A stretch of 62,996 nucleotides of DNA, counting the filler, from Choristocarpus tenellus KU-1152 (lineage: Eukaryota > Protista > Phaeophyceae): NCBI GenBank assembly GCA_964200185.2. It is 11 parts of 11 records of this genome, joined end to end, with 100 filler letters (N's around TTAATTAATTAA, not from the genome) between each part and the next. Parts side by side here need not be neighbours in the genome. Positions count along the whole stretch, not along the records: positions 36,769 to 42,689 come from CAXNAD020009409.1; positions 42,790 to 48,169 come from CAXNAD020010974.1; positions 48,270 to 53,359 come from CAXNAD020011913.1; 8 more parts are not named here. One strand, 5' to 3'. The translations under genes and the position numbers were made by a program. Below the pieces are notes generated by a model that was not told the DNA's origin, searched no databases, and saw only the letters and a list, made by a program, of their open reading frames with translations. Positions 37,954-50,078 of the stretch are shown here, one piece after another (position 1 is the first letter of the stretch; each line of letters begins with the position of its first letter).

Positions 37954-39769
37954 AACAACATGCTCTTGTGTGCTTAGTTCCTTGACGGTTTTTCAACCGA
38001 GTCACATTGAGGATTCTATACAATCAGATGAATATGTTGTGATGAATCTGTCAAGGGTAATCCTGTTATTTTGCATTCCTGGGTTTACTTGTATGAATAG
38101 TAATGGCTATTACTGACTTTCTATGGGCAGAATGGGGTATTAAAGGGTGCGATGACGTGAGTGGGTAACAGGGTGGGGCATGTCGGGGGATAAAGAGGAC
38201 AGAATGCTCTGCCAGATAGTAGCCACTGCGCTCCAACAGCCTTGGGAGGAGGAAAGAAACAGTGGGAGCTATGCTTGGAGCGAAATGACAGTCAAGGTTC
38301 TCGAGCAGCAGAATAGAGAAGGTATGAGGTGGGCTTTGGGGTCTGTGCCTGGGGAAAACGGGGAGAGGCTCCATCAGGTAGCAGACACAGTGCTCCAGCT
38401 TTACCAGGAGGAATGACAGAGGGGGGGGCTATGCCTGGGTAGCAGAGATGTGCTTTGCCTGAATTAAAGGGGTGAGGTGCGCTGGGGTAGGAGGGGTCTG
38501 TACTTGCCAGGGCAGAGTTTGATGGTCGATCGAAAAACGTACATGACAACTCTGGGGTCTGTGTTTAAGTTCAGCATTAAAAGTGACAAATGAGGAGTTA
38601 AAAATTCGTGATAGGCATCAGAGGCCTGGGCTCTGCCAGAAAATCACGTTTTGAACCAACCATTCTGTTGAAGAAATGTTCAACAAACAGTGTTTGGATT
38701 ACACACAGGCATAAGTTAGTTAGCAGGGTTAGGGTTAGGGTTAGGGTTAGGGTTTGGAGAAAATAACATTTTGTGTCAACTGTCCCCTAAATATATACAA
38801 AAACCTTCACAAAGCACTAATGCATGTTATGAATAGTGCAGACGTACAGACCATCAAGATACCAGTTGGTGCCCTTTTGTTTCTGCTCAAGAATTCTGGA
38901 ATACTTGTTATCAAGTCAGTGGGTTGGGTGGAATGGGGTTGATGGGTTCAGACTGGCTTAGACTCATCTTCATGTTCAATGTTTGCATAGCACCCGTCTA
39001 ACCCTTGGTCTTGGTTTGTCCTGCTGATGGCCCCATCAACGATCCTCTGGGTGTACTGCAATTGATGTTACAGTCTGGTTTTCATAACGAGCCCAGGGAT
39101 TGAGTCATCCTCTTGATCATATGTTTTGGCTCTCGCCAAAATGCTGTACCAGTTAAGGCCCGGGATACGGACACAGGGCCTTACCTCAACTGCCTCACCA
39201 TCGCCCCATGCTGCTCAAGTGAGTTACGAGGGCTGCTTTTGTTCAAAGTTTGTTGACACCAGAGCCGGTAGAGGTTGGGAAATTACTCCACCCCCTTCCT
39301 TAATTCCTTCAGTTGTGGCAATGGCACTTTGCTTCTTACCTGGTTTGAGTTGGATCTTCTCATTTGAGGTGGTTGTCGACTTGCTTTTGTGCATCTCAGG
39401 AAACTCCATGTGGTCAGCCATGTTTAGTCTAAGTGTACATTAACCCCCAAAGCACTTAAGCTTGAGTACTGAGTTGAAGTAAATGAGAGTTGTCCAGAGT
39501 CGTGTTTTAAGGATGCTGACAATTGTGTGCAAAATAAGTTTAAAAAAAAAATGTTTTTAGGATATTTTCATAATTCTGTCGACAAGACTCAAACAAAAGA
39601 GAAATCAACTATCTCAAGTTGAACTTGGCAAGTATTGCATAGAAATATGGGTGAATCGAAAAAGATTGAGAAACTGGCTTAAAATGCAAAACGACCAAAA
39701 CCTGGGTACTCCTTGTTTACTTTGGCTCAGCAGTGTTATGTGCCCAAGTTCTGTATCATGGCGGGTGAT

Positions 39770-41380
39770 GGGAACCACCAGAGATAGATGAGGTTCAGCA
39801 AGGAAGTGAGAGATGGGGCTGAGACATGTTGGGCGTATGTTGGGAGTGTTGGAGTAGCATTTTGATCAATCTCCACTGAGCCAAACCAATTGAGAGGTAG
39901 GCAGGGTTGCATTTTATGGATCCCGAGAAAGGGATAAAAGACACCCCTTTCTACAATTCCAGAAAAAGTCTAGGCTTGATTGTGGTGTTGCTTTATATGT
40001 GGAAAGGGAGAATATCAATTTTATTTTGTTTTATTTTGTGTACACCACGGTGTACACAACAGCAGAATGAAGTGTACTGCACAGGGTAAGATGGATAATA
40101 CCGCAAAAGGGTCCAAACCTGCCTATCTCTCAGTTGGTCTAATAGCTCCACTTTGTGCGATTGATTATTACAAGTCAGAAAATAAAACACTATCCCAGGA
40201 TTTGCTGGTTTGAATCCATTGTTCATGTTGGGACTACCGTGAACTGGTCATGCACCTGACTCACACCACATCGCCTTGACTGGTCTCAAGGACAAAAGGT
40301 GGTGCATGCAATTGTATACAATTGTGTGCATGATCCACATCATCACTACTACTGTGTCAAAGATCCCCAACGGGACCTGCCCCTGACACGTAAAGCAAAT
40401 GTGTATATTATGGCTGGTGCTGTATGACAGGGGGCGATGACAACCACGATGGTGTTAAAGCATAGGGTACTCATCTTTTGTGTATTTTGCACATTGGTAC
40501 TGGTCGTTTCTTACACTTCCATTATTTACACCTCATCATAGGATCATCAATTACCATTACAACCTTATGGTGCATAGGAAGTATGGAACAGTCAACATCT
40601 GTCAAATATACGAGCATAGTATGTGCCATATGTGTTTTCTCAGAAATTGGTTGAAGTTTGTTTCTTTGATTTTGATCTTCACATCAGAACCATAAGTTGT
40701 GTCTCATATATTGATTATTCTTCTTTCTCTGGTTGACTTTGCCCCACTTAGATCTCGAGTTCACTCTGCACTAAATTTACCTAACACACAACTGGATGCA
40801 ATACATTCAGAGTTGAAACATCCACAAAACCTTTCTTCACAAGGTGACAAGCCTCTACACAGAGCATGAATCTCTTCCTTTGTGAGCACCAAAGAATACC
40901 CAACATCACTCCACCAAATAACCTCTGACTGTGCAAAGCATGTCACTAGGTTCATCGATCAGAATTCACCAGTTCTTCATTGCACTATGATATCCCTTCA
41001 CTACAACCAACCGTGCGAGAGCACGATTCACTCAATCCCAGGTTCAACACAGAGATGAGGTTCAGAAAGGAAGTGAGAGATGAGACTGAGGCATGCTGGG
41101 TGTATGTTGACAGTCTCTGGGTGACATTTGGATCAATCTCCACTGTGATTGGTTGCGACTAGTCAGAACAGAAAACACGATATCAGGGTTTGCTGGTTTG
41201 AGTCCACCGTTCATTTTGGGGTTTCCATGGGCTGGTCGTGCGTCTGACCCACACCACATCACCTATGCTGGCCTCAATGACAAAAGGTGGCACGCGCAAA
41301 TGTTTATGACTGCACGCAATATTCTCATTAGTGTCAGGTGATCCCAAAGAGGGGACCTGTCCCTGAAATGTATATACTCT
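39770..41380 (+). repeat. Two copies of a dispersed repeat (39770-40400, MITE-interrupted; 41050-41380, uninterrupted); third partial copy at ~28620-28740
   Basis: Shared GAGGTTCAG.AAGGAAGTGAGAGATG.G.CTGAG.CATG and TTTGCTGGTTTGA.TCCA blocks. Confidence 0.85.
39878..40148. mobile_element. MITE family C (271 bp, GAG...CTC ends, 4-bp TSD)
   Basis: GAGCCAAACCAATTGAGAGGTAGGCAGG ... CCTGCCTATCTCTCAGTTGGTCTAATAGCTC, with TSD CACT at 39874-39877 and 40149-40152. The paralogous empty site has a single CACT at 41141-41144. Confidence 0.88.
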
Positions 41381-41471
41381 GGAGTATATATTCATATACT
41401 GAACTGTATATACTCTAGAGGATATATCCATATACTGAACTGTATATACTCTAGAGGATATATCCATATAT
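41370..41471 (+). repeat. 36-bp minisatellite, ~3 copies
   Basis: TATATACTCTAGAGGATATATCCATATACTGAACTG repeated. Confidence 0.9.
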
Positions 41472-42245
41472 TACCCCAACCCTAAGGCATGGGCATATAT
41501 TCTATGTTATCAGGGGGATGCGGTTATTCGCTTTTTCCTCATTGGTTGGGTTCTGCTTGACTTTTTCGTATATACTCCAGCTCTAGTTGTGTGGATGAAT
41601 CTAGAGGCGGATCTTGTGACTTTGGTTTGTCCAATTTTTGAACGACCATAACGTTAGAAGTGTGTATATGATGTACATAAATAAGAAACAACACATAATT
41701 TTTTGTACCTCATGACATTGTCTAGCCACAACTTCAATTTGATATCTCAATCATCCAACCCCATAAAGTTGAAGTTTATCAAGTAATCTGAATTTTGTGG
41801 TCGGGAGAATTCTAGGAGGGATGACATATGGGGAGCGGATTGGTGGCAAGGGTAAAACGAAAAATAATGAAAAGGTGGACGAAGAGTCAAGTTCTGGGTG
41901 GCTAGGAGGGAGAAGAGGTAGGAGATAAGTTAAAGGAATGGGTGGTAGGTGGAAGCACGAGGTAGGAAGGGATGGGACAGAACAAAAGGCAAACCTGAGG
42001 TTGGTGGGGCAGGACAAGCAGAATTAGAACAAGACAACCTCCGAGCAATCTTTCCCACCCAACTCACCCTTTTGTTTGCTCACGACCGAATGGGATGCTG
42101 GGGAAAGGAGGGGGAGGTCAAGTTTGGGATGGTGTTGAGTGGCGTGGTGGAGTGGAAAGTGGTGGAAAGTGATGTGGAGGAAGGTGGACGGAAATTGACA
42201 GCTTGGGTTGGCGACTGGAAACTGGTGGCGAAGATTGTTCACATT

Positions 42246-42480
42246 AGTTGGTCATCGAATATGGTTGTTGACTGGAAATCAGTGACGAAGGATGGTCGCC
42301 CTGGTTGGTCATCGAATATGGTTGTTGACTGGAAATCAGTGGCGAAGGATGGTCGCCCTGGTTGGTCATCGGATATGGTTGGTGACTGGAAATCAGTGGT
42401 AAAGGTTGGTTGCACTGGTTGGTCATTGGATAAGGTTGGTGACTGGAATTCGGGGTGAGGGGTGGTCGCACTGGTTGGTC
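42246..42480 (+). repeat. 57-bp minisatellite, ~4 copies
   Basis: GGTTGGTCATCG.ATATGGTTG.TGACTGGAAATCAGTG..GAAGGATGGTCGCCCT at a 57-bp period. Confidence 0.92.
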
Positions 42481-42789
42481 ACAGTGGTGTTACAATGAGA
42501 GTGTAGAATGGGTGGAATGGCAACAAAGAGAAAATTGATAATAGTCCAGAATTCGTGAGTAAAGAAAACCGATGAATTATGAAATGATTTCACATGATTG
42601 TACTTCTTCCACTTGTTAGGGTTATTTGGCAATCAAAGCTGAAACACTGATGATATGTACCCAATTCAGACCCAAAGTATCTGGGGGGGNNNNNNNNNNN
42701 NNNNNNNNNNNNNNNNNNNNNNNNNNNNNNNNNTTAATTAATTAANNNNNNNNNNNNNNNNNNNNNNNNNNNNNNNNNNNNNNNNNNNN

Positions 42790-42953
42790 GGGGGGGGTGG
42801 CAGCTGTCCATTTGGGACCAATTTTTTCATGTCGCGATTTTTGGGTGATTTGGTTCCATGCGTCGGATGGATAACGAAAGTGCACTTTTCCTGGTCTTGG
42901 ACCAAATGGACTCTCTGTTGTAGACCCTCCCTCCTCCCCAGATACTTCGGGTC
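42790..42953. mobile_element. MITE family B, truncated by the contig start (other contig-edge pieces: 24315-24335, 32171-32232, 32333-32400, 42669-42689, 48100-48169, 48270-48341)
   Basis: GGTGGCAGCTGTCCATTTGGG...CCCCAGATACTTCGGGTC matches the complete copies. Confidence 0.85.
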
Positions 42954-44515
42954 AGACTTATATTATTCATTACCTACCCAACATCTGATTATTGCCTGTC
43001 CTATGCCCCCCAATGACAAAGAATACTCAAGGCTGCTGCTAGTGCGTAAAACAGGGAATGACAATAAAAGAAGAAAAAGAAAAAGAAAAAGAAAAAGAAA
43101 GTAAAATAATTTAAAAGGAGAAATGAACAGAAAGGAAAGGGAAACAAATCGGTGGATGATGAGAGAAACAAAAATCGGAAAAAATAAAATAGAAAGGATG
43201 ATGGGATCAGAAATAAGAAAATAATATATAAATGAGCAAAAACAGAAGTGCGAGATATTCTTAAAAATAAAAATAGGAAATAGAAAATTTAAGATTACCG
43301 AAAGCAGTTACAAAATATAAAAGACGGAAAAGAGAAAAAAGTAGTGTATTGTTTGGATTTTTTTATTTTTAAAGGATTACAGGTTATCAACCCATATCTA
43401 TTACTGTATGCTCTGATGTGGGCGACTTCTTGGTTCCAACTTCTGCTATCGTACGCTCCCTTCAGTGACTATCACTATCAATGCCCTCTTTCCCTTGTTT
43501 TGGCATGCACCAGCTAACCCTCACCTTGTCTTTCGGGTATGCACTTGTTACCTGCTGGGAGGTCTGCCAGAGAAACCAGTCAAAACCTGGCCCTGTACAC
43601 CACCTGTCTCTTCCTCTTTCATCCTTCAACGACTTTTTGACACTAGCACTATAGGGAAGAGACATGACACATCCTCTAGGGGCAAGAGTTTTTCTTGGGC
43701 GGGAACATTGGTTGGGGGTGGTGTCTTGTGTTAGCATTGTAAAGGTCCCAGAAGGTATGATAAACGTCGAACTGTAGTGAGATGAAGCTGTTCATTGCTT
43801 CTGTTTTTGTTCTCCAGTCTAAAAATTATCCATCTTAGAGAACTTTCCTTTGTACTACAATGCCATCTGTTAAGGTCTGACAAGGGTACACTGCTACTGT
43901 AGGATCTGGATGTGTTGGAACTCTGACAAAAGTATCCATGGTGACTGTGGGGATGTTCGGAAGCCTTGACCTTCTCTAAATATTACATTATGCTCTGGTA
44001 TTGCCTACAGAACGTTGGTCCTAAAATCATTTCGTAAGGCAGCCCCACGACTATCCTAAATGCCAGATTTCGCACTTTATCCTCTGGGGTAAACACTTAT
44101 TGGAAGTTTGCATGACCTTAATACCTGAATTGGTGGAATATTGCACCCTCTGGAGTTTGCTGCATGTAAGGTACCTTTGCCTGCCATGTTCAAATGTGGT
44201 AAGTCGTTGCCACCCCCCCAAAGAACAGTGCTGCGCTAAAAAACAGACGAGACGTAATTCCCCCTTCCTGTACCTCTGTCAAGGATTACCTAGACAGGCA
44301 TTTCTCGAGTGGACTTTGCGTGGATGCCCCCTCGCAGGGAAGATATCCATACATGACTAATACAAAGGGCAGGTGTCATGGCGAATATTATCGAGGTGGG
44401 AATGGCAGTCTTATTGCCTATAGTTGGAATGACAGGGATCCCTGGAGCTTCAAACTCCAGAGCACAGCTTCAAGACTTGTCAGTCTGACGCTTCTAAATC
44501 GGTCGGGTTCCTTAC

Positions 44516-44578
44516 GAATAGTCGAGGATGTTCTAAGAATAGTCGAGGATGTTCTAAGAATAGTCGAGGATGTTCTAA
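44516..44578 (+). repeat. 21-bp tandem repeat x3
   Basis: GAATAGTCGAGGATGTTCTAA, three perfect copies. Confidence 0.95.
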
Positions 44579-47417
44579 GTCTTGCATCGTTGCGAGGTAT
44601 TGAAGATGGGTGACTGTTAAAGGCCACCATCGTATGCGACTCATCATCAGTAGATCTAGTGACTTGGGATTCGTGGGAAGGTTTCGAGAGATGTGAGAAG
44701 TATTCCTTGGGGACTACAGAGTTCGTCGTGTGTATACCTACACTCACCGATTATGTACCTGAAGCAATCTCGACCATAGGCACGATGAAAGCAAACCTGG
44801 TGTGCTTTTAGTCATTGGACGACTTCGTCTTGGGAGGCGGACGACGGAGGCAAGTCCTTACCCGAGAAGTGTCGACTTGTATCACTCGCCCTGTCCGTGG
44901 CTAAGGAAGGCACGGATCGAAGCACAGGCTAGGGAGTGGATGTGGCTGGTCAAGCGGGTGTGGATGCATTGCTTGTAGGAAAGAACGAGGTCCCGTGTTT
45001 CCCAGGAACAGAAGAAGGTTGGTTGGTCAAGGCAGCACAGACAGCGGGCGAGGGGTTCTGGGCTAAAACGGGTTGAAGCATCGGAGGGCTGCCAGTGCAC
45101 TGTTGACAACCTCTTGGTGTGGCAGTGAAGTTTGACTTCATAGCTCATCGTGCATGGATGTCCTGTTCTGGCGAGGTAGTCCCAGTTCCTGCCTGACGAT
45201 TGGGGTTTCGCCTAAGGTGGGGAAGGGGTGTGACATGTTAGGAAACATAGGACGCCCATTTGTCATAAATTAGGGAAAGTAGTGTGAGTCTTACCTCTTG
45301 TAAGATGTAGCTTTTGCAGCATTTGGATTGGCTGGAACAAATGTTCTGTTTTGATTCCATGATTCACCGTTTCATTCCCCAAAGGATTATTCTGCGAAAT
45401 TGCTAGTAGTGGGTGCATTGGGTTTCGAATTAATTTCTTTGCGAAATAACAATGCCATATTCTAAAAGTGCAATTTGATCTAAAACAAAAAGTTGATCTT
45501 CACCTATGTACCCTCCCCAAAAAAGAGGTTCATGTTTATGAGTCACCTGGGAGTCGACGGTATACGCTCGATAGTGGAAAACTAGGAGATTGTCGGCAGC
45601 CTTCCATAAATCTTCTTCCTCTGTCTTCAAACAACTCATGGCAACCTTTACTACGATTCTCGACTGGCTATGTGAAAGGGAACATGCTCTCACCAAAATG
45701 TGAACCCACTCAGTTGCCGTTATTATGTCTTCCCGACGCACCTATGGAGAGACTTCCCTGCAATGCTCGAACCTCGATTAAAGACGAGTTACTCAGAAGA
45801 TCACTGTGTATCCTAAGAAAGTCAGACGAAAGTTGTTCGAGGATCTCGATGCGGAAAGGAGTTAGGTTGTCACTGCGTGGACGCGATGCATGAACGTGTT
45901 CAGCTGTCACGGCTACTGCGGGAATTCTCGCAAGGTGTGGCGCTGGGCTGGAAAGTCTTCGATTCGTTGATTCCCTGCGGAACCTGTGCATCAGGCATGA
46001 CTTCGACTTCCTTGCACTCTGTGAGTCAGACTGTCAGCGAACCTGAGAAGTATAAAAACAGCGTGACGCACGAAAAAGAGATCGGGAATGTGAGTATACT
46101 AATGGCGAGAAATAACTAAGCAACATCTATACCATGGCGGTCAGAGATCATTAGTTTACGATCGGGGGTGTATGGTGCCTCCCTTGGAGTAACAGATGTC
46201 ATCATTCCAGTCCCTTCCTCTAAGTTAGGAAGTGATGGAAGCGCTCCAAGACCACCAAAGGAGACAACGAAACCAAGCAGAAGAAAATCCAGGGCATAAG
46301 AGGGAGGTGCCAAGAATTCTAAGTGCTGAGGTGAATACTGAGTATTCTCTCCAGTTTAAAGAGACAAGGTAGGATCTACATGTTACTGCACACCCCAACC
46401 TCCACAGGATGTATAGCTCCAACCCACAGGCCTATAGATGACGCTGATGCTCGTACAAGGCTCCCAGGATACTCCGACAGTCAAAAGGTCCAATGAATGT
46501 CAGGTCAGCAGGTAAGGATACTATTATGAATCAATGAACATTAATATGAGAAATTTGTATATCAAATAAGAGTGAGTCATGTGGGACTTCTTTGTCATCT
46601 TTACCTTTCTTTTTTTTTTCGATTTACAGACGTTGAAATACATCTGAGAACCGTTGCATACATTCCTAAGTTACAGATCTTACTCTGCAACTTTTAGCAA
46701 ATCGGAGTTCCCCCTTTTGGGGGTTCCCCACGCGCATACACTGCTCGTGCTTGTTAGAGCGTGAGAAGAAATACTCGCGCAATTTATTCGCCTGTAACAG
46801 TCCTTCGTACTTGAACAAAAAATCCGAACTGAAATATGGTCAGAGACCCGTCACAGGCGATCTTAGTCACGGTTTCGTATAAACACCATAATGACGTTGA
46901 AGTCCTATGCCTTACATATTTGTACCGCTTGACAAGTTATTTATTTTGTCATTATGAGGGCATGCACTTGGAAGTAGTGCTTGTTCAGTCCTGTTTATAC
47001 CCCTTTGGAGGCACTAAAGTGAATTCTAGAAGTGAGAGATACAGCATATTTGACGACATTTCCATTATGGATCATTCATTCTACGAGTCTCATCATCCAC
47101 ATACAGCCTTGTGGATAAGATCTACATATCCCATTATGGTAAGGTTGTGCATTATGGTAAGTTTGTGTGGAACCTACCTTGGCATCAGTCTGCCTGTAAG
47201 GCCTTGCCGCCTTGCTCTTTCTTTGTCTAGCGTTTTGAGCGAAAGTGACAGACAGGATAGTACAGGTGTAAATAATGTAGGTGTATGTGTATTTTCTGTA
47301 GTAGTTGCCATATATATGGAGTTTAGATGGCCGAATCCATGTTTCTAATCTGCGAAAACTCTCTGGACGGAATCACATCCTCGACGACTGACTCCGAAGA
47401 GGGATGCGCTTGAAAAG

Positions 47418-47491
47418 CAGAGATGGAGAGGCTCGAACTCTCGACCTTAGGCTTATGAGACCTACGCGCTAACCAACTGAGCCACATCTCC
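47418..47491 (-). tRNA. tRNA-Met (CAT), elongator type
   Basis: GGAGATG-TG-GCTC-AGTTGGTTA-GCGC-G-TAGGT-CTCATAA-GCCTA-AGGTC-GAGAG-TTCGAGC-CTCTC-CATCTCT-G folds as a cloverleaf. A TTTT Pol III terminator follows 2 nt downstream. The T-loop is TTCG, so it is not the initiator. Confidence 0.9.
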
Positions 47492-49637
47492 CAGATGGTA
47501 CAATTGTCTTGTGTTAAAGTTGTTCTTGCACCGAAACAAGAGGTCATCGTCCCAAAGCGGACGCAACCATACAACAGTGTAAGGAAGTGGTAACCAAACA
47601 CATGTCATGACCTCCCGAGCTGTGGGTTGTGAATAGGGTCTGGGCTATAATCCTGCTTGATACTGAGTAGTGGTATCGATGTATCTATGTGTTGTGGTGG
47701 TGGTTTGAGAGCTGACATTTGTTGCTTAGTATTTTGGAGAGGGGAGACTTGACAGGTGGGTGTTTCTCCTTTTTTTCCAGTATATAATCTTTTTTTTCAA
47801 TGTCTTCCATTCTTGTGTATTTGTGCGTTTAAGAATGAGCCTATTTTGTATTCAATATTTTTTATATTGTTGCATTCTATCTCTACTATTTTTCATTTGA
47901 TACGTATATTGATCTGGTGTCAATTTTTTTTGCTCTTTTTTGTTGCCTTTCCAACCATGAGTTCCAGCATGTTGCTATGCTGCTTTTCTTCAACTTTTCA
48001 AATGACATATTTTTGAGGGTTATTCCATCAGGCACTGAACTATTATTATGCCACAGTGAAAAATATACTATCAGTTAATATATATGTGATGACATACATA
48101 TGTCAAAGTATCTGGGAGGGGGTGGCGGCTGTCCATTTGGGGTCAATTTTTTCATGTCGCAATTTTTGGNNNNNNNNNNNNNNNNNNNNNNNNNNNNNNN
48201 NNNNNNNNNNNNNTTAATTAATTAANNNNNNNNNNNNNNNNNNNNNNNNNNNNNNNNNNNNNNNNNNNNATACGCTTTTCCTGATTTTGCCCCAAATGGA
48301 CACCTTGGTGTAGCCCCCCCCCCCCCTAGATACTTTGGGTCTCCTCGGTGGCCTTTTTTTATTATTCTTGTACTGAGTGTAGGTATGGAGTTGAACCACC
48401 TAGGAAGGGGGGTTGATTTTGACCATCTAGAGTTGATTGGGGTTTTTTTTCAACCCTGTGTGGTATAGGCCCTGCCCATGTCTGAAAATCCTGTCAACTC
48501 ACCAAGTCAAGTCAAGTTAAGAAGGGTGTGGGTGCAGAAGAAAAGGTCAACTGTGAATATACACTTGTTGCTTAAATGTGGCATCTACATTGCTCAAAAC
48601 GTGTATCGTTTGTATGTATGTATTATTATATATGTATTATTATGTATGTATTATGTATGCACTATGTGTGCAATATGTATTATGCATGTGTATTTAGGTG
48701 TGTATGTGCCACAAGGTAGTCATAGGGGCCGTTTTTAAAACTCAACGGTGTCGGCGGGATCATTTGTTTGATAGGGTTAGGGTTAGGAATGCATGGCAAC
48801 TACTTGCTGGAGAGGTAGTGTTGGTACAGATGGGGTGAGGTTTAGGGTTAGGGTTAGAGTTGTGAAAGCACTATTGCACACGTTTTTGCTCTCAGTAAGA
48901 ATACAATATCGTTGTTATTGGGTCAGGGTTAGGGTTAGGGTTAGGGTGCAGTACAAGTGCGAACGCTGTATGTTGTGCTCAAGCAAGGCTATATGGAGGG
49001 ATAGGGCCAGGGTTAGGGTTAGGGTTAGGGTTTCTCCTCGAACTCCATGCACCAGTGTATAGTATATGCAGACATGCTGTATTGACCTGTGTGGTAGTAG
49101 AACAGGTTTTATGTCTTACACAGTACTTACTAGGAATCCACAAAGGCGTTGTCTACACGTGTAACCTTGTTTCATCTGAGTGCTTCTTTTCCTAACCCTA
49201 ACCCTAACCCTAACCCAGCAAACATCTATACAAGGCTATTCTGCACATGCCAAGTTAGATTATATTTTTGTTTTAGCTTTGTCTACTGTGAGGACCTTAG
49301 TACACAACAGAATCTTGTATTGGCCCTAACCCTATGGTTCATTTTCATTGCCAAAATTAATATTTTGGCGTTTTTCACCAAACATCAACAATGAATGCTG
49401 CTGCATTATTTTTTTGTAAAAATGGAATGTTGCTGTTCAAAACCGTTTCAAGGTAGTACATTGTTAAACAGCGAAAAAAAAGAAAATGCAAATTTTATTA
49501 GTTATTCCCTGATGATGAGAACAGCCGTAGTCATAACCCTGATCCTGCTGCACCCTCTTCCCAGTTTAAACTCGCTTTTTTTTCCTCCAGAAAGATCCGT
49601 TTGCCTCCTCAAACCTCCAATCAAACCTTCTTGGTCT

Positions 49638-49964
49638 CCCTAACTCTAATCCTAACCCAGTTCACTTTACTGTAGTCCTAACTCTAGCCAGTTTGCATAC
49701 TATAGTCCTAACCCTAAACGAGTTCATTTGCTGTAGTCCTAACCCTAAACCAGGTCACACACTGTAGTCCTAACCCCAAACCAGTTCACATACTGTAGTC
49801 CTAACCCTAGCCAGTTCACATACTATAGTCCTAACCCTAAACCAGGTCACACACTGTAGTCCTAACCCAAAACCAGTTCACATACTGTAGTCCTAACCCT
49901 AAACCAGTTCACATACTATAGTCCTAATCCTAGCCAGTTCACACACTGTAGTCCTAACCCTAAC
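49638..49964 (+). repeat. 30-31-bp minisatellite with a telomeric core, ~10 copies
   Basis: Units of CCAG[T/G]TCACA[T/C]ACT[G/A]TAGTCCTAACCCTA(AA/G). Confidence 0.95.
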
Positions 49965-50078
49965 TTTTGTTGTGGTTTTGCTCGATGGATGCCTCTCTCA
50001 TACGGCCTTCCTGTCTATTGGTAACACCCCACAACTACAATGTCAATGTCTATGGCAATGTCTACGATAATGATACAG

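Noticed and set aside
38726-38753. TTAGGG tract as a true chromosome end
   Set aside because: It is short and internal to a contig, one of many interstitial tracts.
42669-42953. MITE-B apparently spanning a linker (also at 48100-48341)
   Set aside because: The halves are on different contigs, the flanks (TCA versus AGA) give no TSD, and the family is common at contig ends.
43450-46110. Decayed coding-like region with a C-x-C-x-H-like fragment (possible DIRS/LTR gag)
   Set aside because: No RT, recombinase or integrase motif could be recognised.
49638-49964. CRISPR-like appearance of the tandem arrays (also 19250-20030, 42246-42480, 61619-61714)
   Set aside because: The units are contiguous with no unique spacers, and there are no cas-like ORFs in this eukaryotic DNA.
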